Positions 40,619-51,071 are shown, counted from the first letter of the stretch. The stretch is DNA of 64,000 bases from Candidatus Cloacimonadales bacterium (GCA_963678315.1 OY782781.1:1472001-1536000), one strand, 5' to 3'. A program made the numbers and translations. The notes: generated by a model not told the origin, from the letters alone.

Positions 40619-41575
40619 ATGAAAGAGATAGCATTAAAGACGTTTTTCGAAAACAATAAGAGTCGATTTGCACTAAGTATAATTACAGAAGAAAAGACTT
40701 TAAACACAGTTATTACATCACCTTATATAAATAGGCCTGGTTTAGCCTTAGCTGGATTTCTTAATAGATTTGCTTCTGATAGAATTCAAGTGATTGGCGA
40801 AACTGAAGTTAGATATTTACACTCACTTTCAGAGAATCAGATTTATGAAAGGTTCAAACAGATTTTCACCTATAGTATTCCTTGCATAATAGTTTCTAAG
40901 GGGTTAACTCTCCCTTATATCGTTGAGTACTTGGCTAATGAAATGAATATTGCTATTTTTTCTTCAAGATTATCCACAATCAATCTATATCATTCTTTGT
41001 CTAAATACCTTAATCACCTATTTGCTCCAGAAATGTCAATTCATGCAACTCTTGTTGATGTTTATGGTGTTGGCATACTTCTAACAGGTAAGAGCGGAAT
41101 TGGTAAGAGTGAATGTGCATTAGATCTCGTTCATAGAGGGCACAGTCTTGTATCAGATGATACTGTCAAAATAACAGCCTTAGATGATACTTTGACTGGT
41201 AAACCAGCTAAAGACTTTGGTCACTTTATGGAAATTAGAGGTGTTGGATTAATTAATATTGAGAGAATGTTTGGAATTCAAAGAGTCAGACAGAAGCTCA
41301 AGATTGATATGCAAATTGAGTTAATGCCATGGCAAGAGAATATGGATTATGAAAGGGTTGGATTAGTAAATAATTACATTGATAGATTAGGAATTAATAT
41401 CCCTTTAATATATCTTCCGGTATCTCCTGGAAAGAATGTTTCTGTAATTGTTGAAGTGGCTGCAATGAATTATATATTAAAGACTTATGGCTATGATGCT
41501 GCCGAAGACTATACAAACAAAATACAAGAAGAGATTAAGCGTAAGACAATGATTAGAAAGATGTCTTCAAATTAA
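40619..41575 (+). CDS. hprK: HPr(Ser) kinase/phosphorylase
   Basis: RPGLALAG, GKSGIGKSE.AL.L..RGH.LV.DD, EIRGVG. Confidence 0.96.
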   Translation: MKEIALKTFFENNKSRFALSIITEEKTLNTVITSPYINRPGLALAGFLNRFASDRIQVIGETEVRYLHSLSENQIYERFKQIFTYSIPCIIVSKGLTLPYIVEYLANEMNIAIFSSRLSTINLYHSLSKYLNHLFAPEMSIHATLVDVYGVGILLTGKSGIGKSECALDLVHRGHSLVSDDTVKITALDDTLTGKPAKDFGHFMEIRGVGLINIERMFGIQRVRQKLKIDMQIELMPWQENMDYERVGLVNNYIDRLGINIPLIYLPVSPGKNVSVIVEVAAMNYILKTYGYDAAEDYTNKIQEEIKRKTMIRKMSSN

Positions 41576-41614
41576 TCTATTTATTAACCATAATTATTAC
41601 ATAAGGTAAAAACT

Positions 41615-41884
41615 ATGATTGAAAAGACTATTCAAGTACAGAATAAACTTGGACTGCATGCTAGACCATCAGCTTTGTTAGTAAAAACAGCAACAAAGTT
41701 CCGTTCTGAGTTTCATATAGAAAAGGAAGGAATGAAAGTTAATGGCAAAAGTATCATGGGTGTTATGATGCTAGCTGCGGAGTGTGGTTCAGAATTATTA
41801 GTCATGATTGATGGACCAGATGAACAATATTTGCTTAAAGAAATAGAAGAGTTATTCGGGAATTTATTTGGTGAGTCAGAATGA
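41615..41884 (+). CDS. ptsH: Phosphocarrier protein HPr
   Basis: GLHARP (His15), KSIMG (Ser46). Confidence 0.95.
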   Translation: MIEKTIQVQNKLGLHARPSALLVKTATKFRSEFHIEKEGMKVNGKSIMGVMMLAAECGSELLVMIDGPDEQYLLKEIEELFGNLFGESE

Positions 41885-43584
41885 AAACATTACAAGGACT
41901 AGGAGTATCTCCTGGCATCGCAATTGGTAAAGCTAAAATAATCAAGCAGAGAAGGCTTGAGATAAAGAAAAGAGATATTGTCGAAGCAGATATAATAAAT
42001 GAAATCAGTAAGTTTGATACAACTATTGATAGTATCTTAAAAGAAACAGATAAGTTTATTGAATTCTATACGATAAGTAAAGAAGATAAGGATATTTTTG
42101 AATCCCATCAAATGATTCTTAAAGATCCAGAACTAAAAGTTGAAGTTGTTAATATTCTTAAATCTGAATTGATAGGGCTTGAACAAGCTATACACAAGCA
42201 TTTTAATAAAGTTTCTGATTACTTTAAAAGCCTTGATAATGATTTCTTTGCTCAAAAAGCAATAGATTATATAGATGTTAGTCATCGTATTCTAAATTTT
42301 TTAATTGGTAAGAAGGGCTTCAAGCAAAATCAATTATCGGCAGATGAAATACCAATATTTTATTCAACAACACCTACTCAGGTTGTGCAGATTTCTAAAG
42401 AAGGAGTAAGAGGATTCTATGTAGAAAAGGGTTCTGAGACTTCTCATAATTCAATTATTTCAAGGTCATTTGGATTGGGCTGTGTAGTAGGTATTCATAA
42501 CATTTTTGATGAACTTAATAACGGAGATTTGATTATTCTAGATGGTACTATAGGGCAAATTATCATTGAACCATCAGAAGAGATTATAATTGAATATCAA
42601 GAGAAGATTAAACAGTTTGAAAGGCACAATACTGAACTTCAAGAAATTATTGATACTCCTTTACCTAAAGTTGGAGGGCTAGATGTTAATTTAAGTATCA
42701 ATATTGAAATTCCTGAGGAAGTTGAATTTGCTAATAAACTGAATGTAGATGGTATTGGTTTGTTTAGAACAGAATTCATCTATATGGATAGAGATTCTCT
42801 TCCCACAGAAGAGGAACAATTTAAAATATATAAAGACCTAGCTATAAAAATGGATGGAAAGCCAATTGTTATAAGAACCTTTGATTTGGGTGGTGATAAA
42901 TTTGCTAACATTTTTACAATGGCTAAAGAAGCAAACCCATTTCTTGGAAACAGGGGACTTAGATTCTCACTAAGTAGGCCAAATATATTTAGGACTCAAA
43001 TTAATGCTATTTTAAGGGCAAGTGCTTATGGTAACATTAAGTTGATGTTCCCTATGGTTATTGGTGTATCTGACTTTTTAAAAGCAAAAAACTTTGTTAA
43101 AAAGGCAATTAACAATCTTCAGAGGAAGGGATACAAGGTTGACGAGAATATTGAAATAGGTGTGATGATAGAAATCCCTTCTGCTGCAATTTGTAGTAGA
43201 ACCCTTGCTCAGTATGTTGATTTCTTTAGTATTGGAACAAACGACTTAATTCAATATACCTTGTCTGTGGACAGAACAAATGATATATTAAATGATTATT
43301 ACATACCACACCATCCGGCTGTGTTAAGTTTAATTAAATTGACAGTTGAATCAGCTAAACAAGAGAATATTCCTGTTTCAGTTTGTGGAGCTATGGCTTC
43401 AAATTTGAAGTATATTAAATTACTACTAGCACTCGGCATTGATACTCTAAGTATCTCTCCTAGCGCTTTTTTGAATGTTAAGCAAGAGGTTATCTCTATG
43501 GAGCCTGAGAGTATAGAGGAATTTAAAGAGATTAATAACACAACAACACTTGAGAGAATAGTTGAACTTCTGGAGGAGAAATAA
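41881..43584 (+). CDS. ptsI: PTS enzyme I
   Basis: GSETSH phospho-His, GIGLFRTEF, RTFDLGGDK, MIEIPSAA, SIGTNDL. Confidence 0.95.
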   Translation: MKTLQGLGVSPGIAIGKAKIIKQRRLEIKKRDIVEADIINEISKFDTTIDSILKETDKFIEFYTISKEDKDIFESHQMILKDPELKVEVVNILKSELIGLEQAIHKHFNKVSDYFKSLDNDFFAQKAIDYIDVSHRILNFLIGKKGFKQNQLSADEIPIFYSTTPTQVVQISKEGVRGFYVEKGSETSHNSIISRSFGLGCVVGIHNIFDELNNGDLIILDGTIGQIIIEPSEEIIIEYQEKIKQFERHNTELQEIIDTPLPKVGGLDVNLSINIEIPEEVEFANKLNVDGIGLFRTEFIYMDRDSLPTEEEQFKIYKDLAIKMDGKPIVIRTFDLGGDKFANIFTMAKEANPFLGNRGLRFSLSRPNIFRTQINAILRASAYGNIKLMFPMVIGVSDFLKAKNFVKKAINNLQRKGYKVDENIEIGVMIEIPSAAICSRTLAQYVDFFSIGTNDLIQYTLSVDRTNDILNDYYIPHHPAVLSLIKLTVESAKQENIPVSVCGAMASNLKYIKLLLALGIDTLSISPSAFLNVKQEVISMEPESIEEFKEINNTTTLERIVELLEEK

Positions 43585-44930
43585 TGAGTTTAAAGTTTAA
43601 GTTTGGTAATTTGTTTCAAAATGATTTTATTAAATCAGGGCTAAATGCAGATCTTTCTAAATATCAGAATATAGTTGAAAAAGCCCATAAATCTATCTTA
43701 GAACAGCGTGAAGAAGATATTCTAGGTTTCTATAACTTACCTGAAAAAGACACTGAAAGAATTAATAATTATATTCAAAAAGTGGGTTCAAAATTCGATA
43801 ATATGGTTGTCCTAGGTATTGGTGGTTCAGCTCTAGGAAATAAAGCTCTATATTCAGCTATGAAAAGCGAAGCAGGTTTTAAGAAGAAACTCTATGTCGT
43901 TGATAATGTTGATCCAACTTTACTTTACGATACTCTTAATCAAGTTGAATTAAATAAAACACTTTTTAACGTGATTACTAAATCAGGAACTACTGCTGAG
44001 ACTATGTCCGTGTTCTTGATAATTCTAAAGATTTTAAAAGAAGCTTTTCCTGATTCCTATAAAGAACATATTCTGGTTACAACTGATAAAGAGAAAGGAT
44101 TTCTACGTCAGTTAATCAATACAGAAGGATACTTTGATTTTATAGTTCCAGACAATGTAGGTGGCAGATTCTCAGTTTTAACTGATGTTGGTTTAGTTTC
44201 TTCTGCATTTGTTGGTTTAGATATTGATGAACTTCTTAAAGGTGCTGGAACAATGAGAGATTTATGCTCAACTACAGATCTAGCAAACAACCCAGCTTAT
44301 CTACTTGGATTAGTTCATTACCTCTACATGAAAGAAGGAAAGAATATTTCTGTTATGATGCCTTACTCAAACTCCTTGTATGATATGGCTGATTGGTATC
44401 GTCAATTATGGGCTGAATCTCTTGGTAAAAGATATAATCTTAATGGGGAAGAGGTCTTTGTTGGTCAGACTCCTGTGAAAGCACTAGGTACAACAGACCA
44501 ACATTCTCAAGTGCAACTTTATAGAGAAGGTCCTAATGATAAAGTCTTTACTTTCTTAGAAGTTGAAAGTTTTAAACATGATTTTGATATTCCTTTGATC
44601 TATCCAGAAAGACGTGAAGTGAACTATTTAGGCAACCAGCCAATATCCCGACTTCTTAATCAAGAACGTCTTGCTACTGAGATTGCATTATGTATGTCAG
44701 ATAGAGTTAATTGCAATATTATTTTCCCTGAAATCAATGAACAAAATCTAGGTGAATTTATCATGTTGTATGAAATAATGACTGTCTTCACTGGTGCACT
44801 TCTTGAAATCAATCCTTTAGATCAACCAGGTGTTGAGGATGGTAAAATAGCTACTTATGCTCTAATGGGAAAAGAAGGTTTTGATAGTGAAAGAGACGAT
44901 ATAAAAGTTTATACAGATGCTAAGAATTAG
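43584..44930 (+). CDS. pgi: Glucose-6-phosphate isomerase
   Basis: GIGGSALG, KSGTTAET, GGRFSV, QLWAESLGK, DQHS, DQPGVE.GK. Confidence 0.96.
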   Translation: MSLKFKFGNLFQNDFIKSGLNADLSKYQNIVEKAHKSILEQREEDILGFYNLPEKDTERINNYIQKVGSKFDNMVVLGIGGSALGNKALYSAMKSEAGFKKKLYVVDNVDPTLLYDTLNQVELNKTLFNVITKSGTTAETMSVFLIILKILKEAFPDSYKEHILVTTDKEKGFLRQLINTEGYFDFIVPDNVGGRFSVLTDVGLVSSAFVGLDIDELLKGAGTMRDLCSTTDLANNPAYLLGLVHYLYMKEGKNISVMMPYSNSLYDMADWYRQLWAESLGKRYNLNGEEVFVGQTPVKALGTTDQHSQVQLYREGPNDKVFTFLEVESFKHDFDIPLIYPERREVNYLGNQPISRLLNQERLATEIALCMSDRVNCNIIFPEINEQNLGEFIMLYEIMTVFTGALLEINPLDQPGVEDGKIATYALMGKEGFDSERDDIKVYTDAKN

Positions 44931-44960
44931 TTGTTGATATTATACATTTAATCAAAGTTT

Positions 44961-44986
44961 AAGCCTGTTTTATAGCAGGCTTTTTT
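44961..44986. terminator. Terminator between pgi and the recombinase gene
   Basis: AAGCCTGTT-ttat-AGCAGGCTT followed by TTTT. Confidence 0.75.
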
Positions 44987-45917
44987 ATTTATCCTTATCT
45001 TCATCTTTTTTATTGGCTCTTGATAGGGGGTGCAAGAGGTTAACAGTTTTTGTCAAATCGTTCATGGTCACATGTGTGTATATCTCGGTGGTAGAGAGAT
45101 TGGCATGACCTAACATCTCCTGGATTGCTCTTAAATCAGCTCCATTACTGAGCATATGGGTTGCAAAGGTGTGTCGTAAGGAATGTGGGGAATAGCCTTT
45201 TTGTTGTCCGACAAACATGATGTATTGCTTCAGAATATCACTAAGTTCTAACCTATCAAGTTGTTTTCCACTTTTTGATAGAAACAAGACATCTCCACTA
45301 AACTTTGATTCAAACCTATGTCTGATTGCTAGATAGTTTTCCATTGCTTCTTTGGCTTTGGAACCAATAGGAACCATTCTTGTTTTGTCTCCTTTTCCTA
45401 GAACTTTAACGACATTTCGTTGAAAATCAATTTTCTCTAATGTCAGTATGACCATCTCTGAAATTCTAAGTCCAGATGAATAGAATAGCTCAAGGATTGC
45501 TTTATTTCTAACCCCAAATTTACTAGTTAAATCAGGTAGACTTAGCATTAACTCCATATCTTCTTTTGAAAAGAATTTTGGTACTTTTTTCTCGAATTTT
45601 GGATTCTTCATTGTTATCGTAGGATTATTTGTAATAATACCTCTTTTGAGAGCAAACTTAAAGAAACCTTTTAGCGTTGTAACTTTGCGGGAAATAGATC
45701 TATTTACATTACCGTTGTTAGAAGACAATTCTCTGAGAAAATCTCTTATCATTCTTTTATCTATATCTTTTAAGGTAATTTCTGTACCAAAAGTATCTTC
45801 AATAAAGATAATAAATTGTCTTAAATCTCTTTCATAAGCATCAATTGTATTTTTGCTTTTGCCAGACACTTGTAATAGCTTAAGGTACTCGGTTTTAACA
45901 TCATTTAATTTATTCAT
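44985..45917 (-). CDS. XerC/XerD tyrosine recombinase
   Basis: SSGLRISE, GKGDK.R, HSLRHTFATH, LGHA.LSTTEIYTH. Confidence 0.92.
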   Translation of the reverse strand: MNKLNDVKTEYLKLLQVSGKSKNTIDAYERDLRQFIIFIEDTFGTEITLKDIDKRMIRDFLRELSSNNGNVNRSISRKVTTLKGFFKFALKRGIITNNPTITMKNPKFEKKVPKFFSKEDMELMLSLPDLTSKFGVRNKAILELFYSSGLRISEMVILTLEKIDFQRNVVKVLGKGDKTRMVPIGSKAKEAMENYLAIRHRFESKFSGDVLFLSKSGKQLDRLELSDILKQYIMFVGQQKGYSPHSLRHTFATHMLSNGADLRAIQEMLGHANLSTTEIYTHVTMNDLTKTVNLLHPLSRANKKDEDKDK

Positions 45918-45962
45918 AAGTTCACCTGTATAGATTGTTCAAATAGGGTTATTCTTGGCAAG

Positions 45963-45989
45963 AAAAAAAAGCCGATATATATCGGCTTT
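45963..45989 (-). terminator. Terminator after the GNAT gene
   Basis: Perfect palindrome AAAGCCGATATATATCGGCTTT with an A-tract (U-tract on - strand). Confidence 0.8.
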
Positions 45990-46027
45990 CTCGGATGTGA
46001 TTTAGATATATGAGAGGAGGAATTCCA

Positions 46028-47269
46028 TCAAAACCAATTATAGCTTACAGGCGTTGCTATGGTTTTGAACGGTAATTCAACACAATCAATATGTTTAATA
46101 TTTTTAATTCTTACTAAATTCATTTTAACTGCTGATTCTGTACTCAGACTACCCATCAATATCGAAGAAATTGTTGAGATGTCTGTTTCTAATCTCAAAT
46201 CAACATTGTTATCATCTATTTCAAATATAATTGAGTTGTGATCTGACGTCAACTTAAATCTTTCGTGTTTACAAGAAAAATTATCTGTTATGTCAAAAAC
46301 TAGAGTTAAATTGCTTTTTGTGAATATTCTATTTGCATGTTTCTTGAATATTTGAAGAGGATTTAGAAATTTGTACATCAGTCCAATCCCTGTTTTAGCA
46401 GATTGATGATAGACAGGATCGAACATTGTATCAGAATCATCAGCAGGATTATCAAAATAATGGTAAAAATCTTTATCAAAGCTTGCAATTTCAATGTATT
46501 TCACTTGGTCAGATTGTTTATTAAGGAAAGTAGAAATTTCCTGCCATCCTTCTATGCTTTTGTATTGGTATTCTTTCACTTGGAAATTATAACTTAGATT
46601 AGATGGTTGACTAGATTTAGAAAATTTAAATACAATATAGGCAATTATATCTCCATCTTTTTTAAAGGTAACAAATCTCATTTGAGGGCTGTTAAGCCAT
46701 TTGTTAAATTCCTTTTCTTGCTTCTTAAAAGCACCATTCTGTTTGCTTGCAATTTCTCTATTGTAAAAGTCAGTTATTTCTTTAGAATTATTAGCATCTG
46801 CAAAATTAATTTCACAATGTGATTCATAACGCCCAAATCTTGAAGGAGGAATTACATAATTATATTGCATACTTCCGAAACCGAAGCCCATCTTCTTATA
46901 GAAGTCAGCTCTAAATGGGTAAAGAACCAGTAGTTCAGCATTCTTTTCTGTATAATATTTATGAAAGAACTCGATAATATGTTTGCAGACCTTTTCTTTT
47001 TTATGTAAAAGATCAACAGCTACCATACCTATTCCACCAGCTTCAATAAAAGTCCCTCTGAAATTAACTTCATAATCGTAAGTAATAAAGCAAGCAACTT
47101 GTAAATCTTCCCTAAAAACTCCCCAAAACTCACTTTTATCATTATCTTTTAACAGCTTATTGAACCATTTCTCTGCTTGATCATAGCCAAGATTAAAAAC
47201 TGGATAAGCATTATTAATAATTCTATGTGTATGTTGAAAATCATCAACAGTTATTTTTCTAACATTCAT
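46028..47269 (-). CDS. Eis-like GNAT acetyltransferase
   Basis: GGIGMVAVD..H, LYPF..FY.KMGF, C-terminal SCP2-like region. Confidence 0.85.
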   Translation of the reverse strand: MNVRKITVDDFQHTHRIINNAYPVFNLGYDQAEKWFNKLLKDNDKSEFWGVFREDLQVACFITYDYEVNFRGTFIEAGGIGMVAVDLLHKKEKVCKHIIEFFHKYYTEKNAELLVLYPFRADFYKKMGFGFGSMQYNYVIPPSRFGRYESHCEINFADANNSKEITDFYNREIASKQNGAFKKQEKEFNKWLNSPQMRFVTFKKDGDIIAYIVFKFSKSSQPSNLSYNFQVKEYQYKSIEGWQEISTFLNKQSDQVKYIEIASFDKDFYHYFDNPADDSDTMFDPVYHQSAKTGIGLMYKFLNPLQIFKKHANRIFTKSNLTLVFDITDNFSCKHERFKLTSDHNSIIFEIDDNNVDLRLETDISTISSILMGSLSTESAVKMNLVRIKNIKHIDCVELPFKTIATPVSYNWF

Positions 47270-47967
47270 TATTTTACTCCCATAATTAAAACATTTCTTG
47301 CTGGTTCAAAACCATGTTCTATTATATGACCTTTTATCTGTTGACCCTCTTCTATTAATATATTGGGTAGCTTTTTAATTGCTATAATACTAGTTAACCT
47401 ATCAATAACTTTTACGTAGCTAACTATTACTTCTTCATTAAATTTATCTGCTGAATAATTATTATAAATCTTATGCTCTATTTTAGATAAATTTTGCTCA
47501 TTAACTAAAGCTATTAGCTGTTCTGATAAGAAAGTATCATCATGATGTTTACCTGAATATCTATCAAATTTTGCTGTCCAATGATGCAAAAGGATATGGG
47601 ACTTTTGAGAGTCAGTTTGGTCTTCATCTCTGCACATTTCGCTGATTATTAAAGTGCCTCCTCTTCTAAGAACACGTATAGCTTCAGATAAAACTAAGCT
47701 GGGATTCTCAAAATGATGTAGCGAGTTTGAGATAGATACTGTGTCATAACTTTCGTCCGAGAAAGGAAGATGATAAGCATTAAGATGTTTGAATGTTACC
47801 TTCTCATTATTGTTTCTCCTATTCGCTTCAGAAATCATCTTTTCATCATCATCTATACACACAAATGACTCAAAATTCTTATTTATTCCCTGAAGGTATT
47901 TAACAAACTGCCCTATACCCGTAGCAATATCCAATACCTTACCTAAATTAATTGTTTCAATATTCAT
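47269..47967 (-). CDS. Class I SAM-dependent methyltransferase
   Basis: VLDIATGIG, LPFSDESYD, LHHF, RVLRRGG. Confidence 0.9.
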   Translation of the reverse strand: MNIETINLGKVLDIATGIGQFVKYLQGINKNFESFVCIDDDEKMISEANRRNNNEKVTFKHLNAYHLPFSDESYDTVSISNSLHHFENPSLVLSEAIRVLRRGGTLIISEMCRDEDQTDSQKSHILLHHWTAKFDRYSGKHHDDTFLSEQLIALVNEQNLSKIEHKIYNNYSADKFNEEVIVSYVKVIDRLTSIIAIKKLPNILIEEGQQIKGHIIEHGFEPARNVLIMGVK

Positions 47968-48014
47968 ATTTTCCCCTATTATAAGAACAGCTGATGATAT
48001 TTAATTCCAGTATC

Positions 48015-48155
48015 CTAATACCATATATGTTTTTCTTCTCTTTCTTTTAATAACTCTTGATCCACATTTTCTTTAGGATCATTTTTCTCATCTTTGTGGT
48101 ATAATCCCATCTTTTCTAACCACTCTAATGTTGTGTTTAATACTCCAAAGGTCAT
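48015..48155 (-). CDS. 46-aa small protein of unknown function
   Basis: Below ORF-track cutoff; MTFGVLNTTLEWLEKMGLYHKDEKNDPKENVDQELLKEREEKHIWY; RBS AAAGGAGG; TTGACT-N16-TATAAT at 48227-48200. Confidence 0.65.
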   Translation of the reverse strand: MTFGVLNTTLEWLEKMGLYHKDEKNDPKENVDQELLKEREEKHIWY

Positions 48156-48296
48156 CCTTTCCTCCTTTATAGAATATCATTAACTGAACTCATGGTATAA
48201 TTATACAAGTTAAGAGTACAAAGTCAAGTATTTTTTTATTTTTTTATATTCCCTTCTTGTTACAGTCCATGCTTACTTATACCTTTAAGAAAATAA

Positions 48297-48520
48297 TGTC
48301 CGCAAAAATAAAAGAGATATTTCGCAAAAATAAACGAGAAAAATACTTACGACATCACAAGTAATATAATATTAAACTACAATTATCTTCAAAAGTTGGC
48401 AAAAATAAAAGAGATTTTTTTGTATAATTGTCTTAAAAAATGGAAATAATAAACGAGAAATTTATAATAAAATAGAAAAAAGTCCGCAAAAATAAAAGAG
48501 ATTTCTCATTTAATCTTGCG
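48297..48520. repeat. Prophage end: TG plus six 17-bp putative transposase-binding sites
   Basis: Consensus CGCAAAAATAAA(A/C)GAGA at 48301, 48323, 48398, 48442, 48485 (direct) and 48504-48520 (inverted, CGCAAGATTAAATGAGA). Confidence 0.8.
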
Positions 48521-48534
48521 AACTTTTATAACTT

Positions 48535-49263
48535 TTACTGATTCATCTGCTCAGGGTCACTAGCATCAACCTTATGAAATTGGATAACGATTTTATAAGT
48601 TGTGCCTGAAGTAAGACCTGAGATAGCTATCTTATCAAGGTGCTCTTTAGTAGAGCTGTTATAGGTCTCAATTTGCTTATGTATCTTCACAGACCCATCA
48701 TTACAAGGGCTGTAAAAATCTGTTTCATCTTTATTGATCTGAATACTAATTCCAGTATCAATAGCCTCCTCCAATCCCGTAGAGAAGCCAGCATAAGCCT
48801 TTAAAGTACTCTCTGTAATATCTAGGGCATTCCCATCAGCTGTGTGTCTTAAAGAGTATTGAATGGTCATAGTCTCAAGAACATCTGTAAGTACCTGCTG
48901 AACATGACTACTACCATGCCTTATCTGACAAGAATAATGTTTATAATCAACACCTCTAGCGTGGTCATACATATCGTTCAAACTTCTAATCTGAGCAATA
49001 TCATCAGTTCCTACAATAGCAAGAAGCAGGTGTTCAAGGTCACCTCCCAGATTCATTTGTTCACTTAACTGAGAAAGAATATCGGCAGTAGTATGAGAAC
49101 CACCAGCTTTATGTTCATTTAGATCAGAGCCAATATCCTGGATACTATCATTATTAGCTTTCATATTAGCATCAATTGTATCGAAGTTATCATTAACATC
49201 ATTAGCCCATCCAGAGCTACCTTCACTAGGTTTAACAAGGTTATAGTTCGTAGTATTAGACAT
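48535..49263 (-). CDS. Putative tail fibre/receptor-binding protein
   Basis: N-terminus TTNYNLVKP...NDNFDTID typical of tail fibre attachment regions; last gene of tail operon; GGAGG RBS. Confidence 0.5.
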   Translation of the reverse strand: MSNTTNYNLVKPSEGSSGWANDVNDNFDTIDANMKANNDSIQDIGSDLNEHKAGGSHTTADILSQLSEQMNLGGDLEHLLLAIVGTDDIAQIRSLNDMYDHARGVDYKHYSCQIRHGSSHVQQVLTDVLETMTIQYSLRHTADGNALDITESTLKAYAGFSTGLEEAIDTGISIQINKDETDFYSPCNDGSVKIHKQIETYNSSTKEHLDKIAISGLTSGTTYKIVIQFHKVDASDPEQMNQ

Positions 49264-49274
49264 CATTTCCTCCT

Positions 49275-49733
49275 TTAGAATCCCCAGCTCAAACCCCAGT
49301 AATTACCGTAGCCAGGAGTGTCATCAAAGTTGATTGGCTCAAGTGTTTTATATATAGCTTTAAAGCTGTAAGATTGCTTAGTATTAAAGAATCTAGCATC
49401 ATCAGGAATCTTTGGTAGTTTATCGATTATAACTGGATATTGAAGAGTGTGAGTTAAGTAAGAGAACTCAAGATATAGCCTACTAGAATTTTTCAAGAAA
49501 GCTATTAGATCATCAAGTTCTTCAGGAGTAAAAACACTTTCACATTTAATAGTATCTTCATGATATGGATCTCTTTGTATAAGCTTTGTAGGGTCAAAAG
49601 CATTAGTTTTAGAGACTCTATATTTAATAGAAGGTTCAACATCAATTGCAGTATTCTCAATAACTTTCATATTTACAGAAGTAGAAAAATTAATCAATTT
49701 AATTGTTTGATTTATAATCATCATATCCTCCAT
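49275..49733 (-). CDS. Phage hypothetical protein (tail-tip region)
   Basis: Position in tail operon only. Confidence 0.5.
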   Translation of the reverse strand: MEDMMIINQTIKLINFSTSVNMKVIENTAIDVEPSIKYRVSKTNAFDPTKLIQRDPYHEDTIKCESVFTPEELDDLIAFLKNSSRLYLEFSYLTHTLQYPVIIDKLPKIPDDARFFNTKQSYSFKAIYKTLEPINFDDTPGYGNYWGLSWGF

Positions 49734-51070
49734 AGAATTGCATTATATTCATCATTTATTATATCAATTTTAACTTCTACAACACGCATTTGAATCGAGT
49801 TTATATTTATCACATCATTTAAATGAATATCATCATTATTTATATCATCAATAGTAGCATCAAATTGAATAATACTGCTAAAGAAATCATTGTATTTATC
49901 TAGTAAGTATTCTTTTAAATAAGAAGCATTACCCTTCAGGGAATCAAGAACTGAAAGGTCTATATCACTAGGATTAAACCTTGTTTTAGTTAAAGAAGTT
50001 ACTCTATCGGTAACATCATTATATGTATAATTAGGGTAGCTATTTTTAATTATATTGAGCTTATTGTCTTCTGTCATAACCACACTCAAATTATAGATTA
50101 GAAGGTGGCTTTTAAGCATATCAAGGTAGCTCGTATTATCTTCAAATACTGCATAAAGCGGACATATATTGCCATTGAAGTATAATTTATGGTTAATAAT
50201 CCTAAGTTCTTGATATTCATCTAAATTAAGCCAAGAATCATCTTCATAATACTCAAGATCATTTCTCAAATCTGGGACATCATCGAGTGCATCAGAAATA
50301 CTATCATATAGTTTTGATAAAATCTCAGAATCTTTTCTAATAACATCAACACAGCTTTGGTTATATATCTCAACAACAGTTACAGTCCTTTGAATCTTGT
50401 ATCTTATTCTATTAGTGAACTCAGGGATTGCTCTCCAAACAATGCTTCTAAATTCTCTTCTAGTGCATCTATCTATTACATTATAATGATCATCAAAGAT
50501 ATTGTAAGAAGTATTCAAAAGACCTTCATCACAGATACTATTGCTAGTGATTGAAACAGGATTATATAGCATGAATTCCTGTTGAACATAGCTTGTCAAA
50601 TAGTCAGGATATTCAAGAAGTTCATTCCTTTTGAATTTGCTTCTAATCAAAGATCTAAAGGCATCCAAATAACAATCTCTACTGAATTTTGGTGTGATTG
50701 ATTTTTCTTGATCTAATTTTTTTAGTAAGAATTCATAGCTGTATGCTGTTAGAGAATACTGCTCTGAAGAATAGTCATATTTGATAGTATTTAGAGGCAA
50801 CACACCTTGGTATATTTTATTGCCATCTCTATTGACAACAATATCATAATAGCTTACATCTAAGTAAGTTGTGTGAGTGCCAAAGAGTGATATCAACCAG
50901 TCATCAGCAACTAACTCAATTGATGCCCTCTGTGCTTCTTGCATCATTTCGTTCAATAAAGGAAATTTCTTAGCTGAGAATTTTACACTTACTAAACCAT
51001 TGTCGCTGTTATATACTCTTGTCTCTAAGGAAGTACCAGCAACAGCCGAATAAAAAACAACTTCTATCAT
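49721..51070 (-). CDS. Phage tail-tip/hub-like protein
   Basis: Immediately after tape measure; ATG 51070 with AGGTGG RBS; C-terminal DI.LND.I.I...MRV.EV pattern. Confidence 0.5.
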   Translation of the reverse strand: MIEVVFYSAVAGTSLETRVYNSDNGLVSVKFSAKKFPLLNEMMQEAQRASIELVADDWLISLFGTHTTYLDVSYYDIVVNRDGNKIYQGVLPLNTIKYDYSSEQYSLTAYSYEFLLKKLDQEKSITPKFSRDCYLDAFRSLIRSKFKRNELLEYPDYLTSYVQQEFMLYNPVSITSNSICDEGLLNTSYNIFDDHYNVIDRCTRREFRSIVWRAIPEFTNRIRYKIQRTVTVVEIYNQSCVDVIRKDSEILSKLYDSISDALDDVPDLRNDLEYYEDDSWLNLDEYQELRIINHKLYFNGNICPLYAVFEDNTSYLDMLKSHLLIYNLSVVMTEDNKLNIIKNSYPNYTYNDVTDRVTSLTKTRFNPSDIDLSVLDSLKGNASYLKEYLLDKYNDFFSSIIQFDATIDDINNDDIHLNDVININSIQMRVVEVKIDIINDEYNAILWRI

Positions 51071-51071
51071 C

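Noticed and set aside
44985..45917. Tyrosine recombinase as the prophage integrase
   Set aside because: Housekeeping XerC/D size and motifs, separated from the phage by host genes; the phage end looks transposase-type
48301..48520. 17-bp repeats as CRISPR or plasmid iterons
   Set aside because: Irregular spacing, one inverted copy, no rep or cas gene; a TG end beside Mu-like genes explains them better
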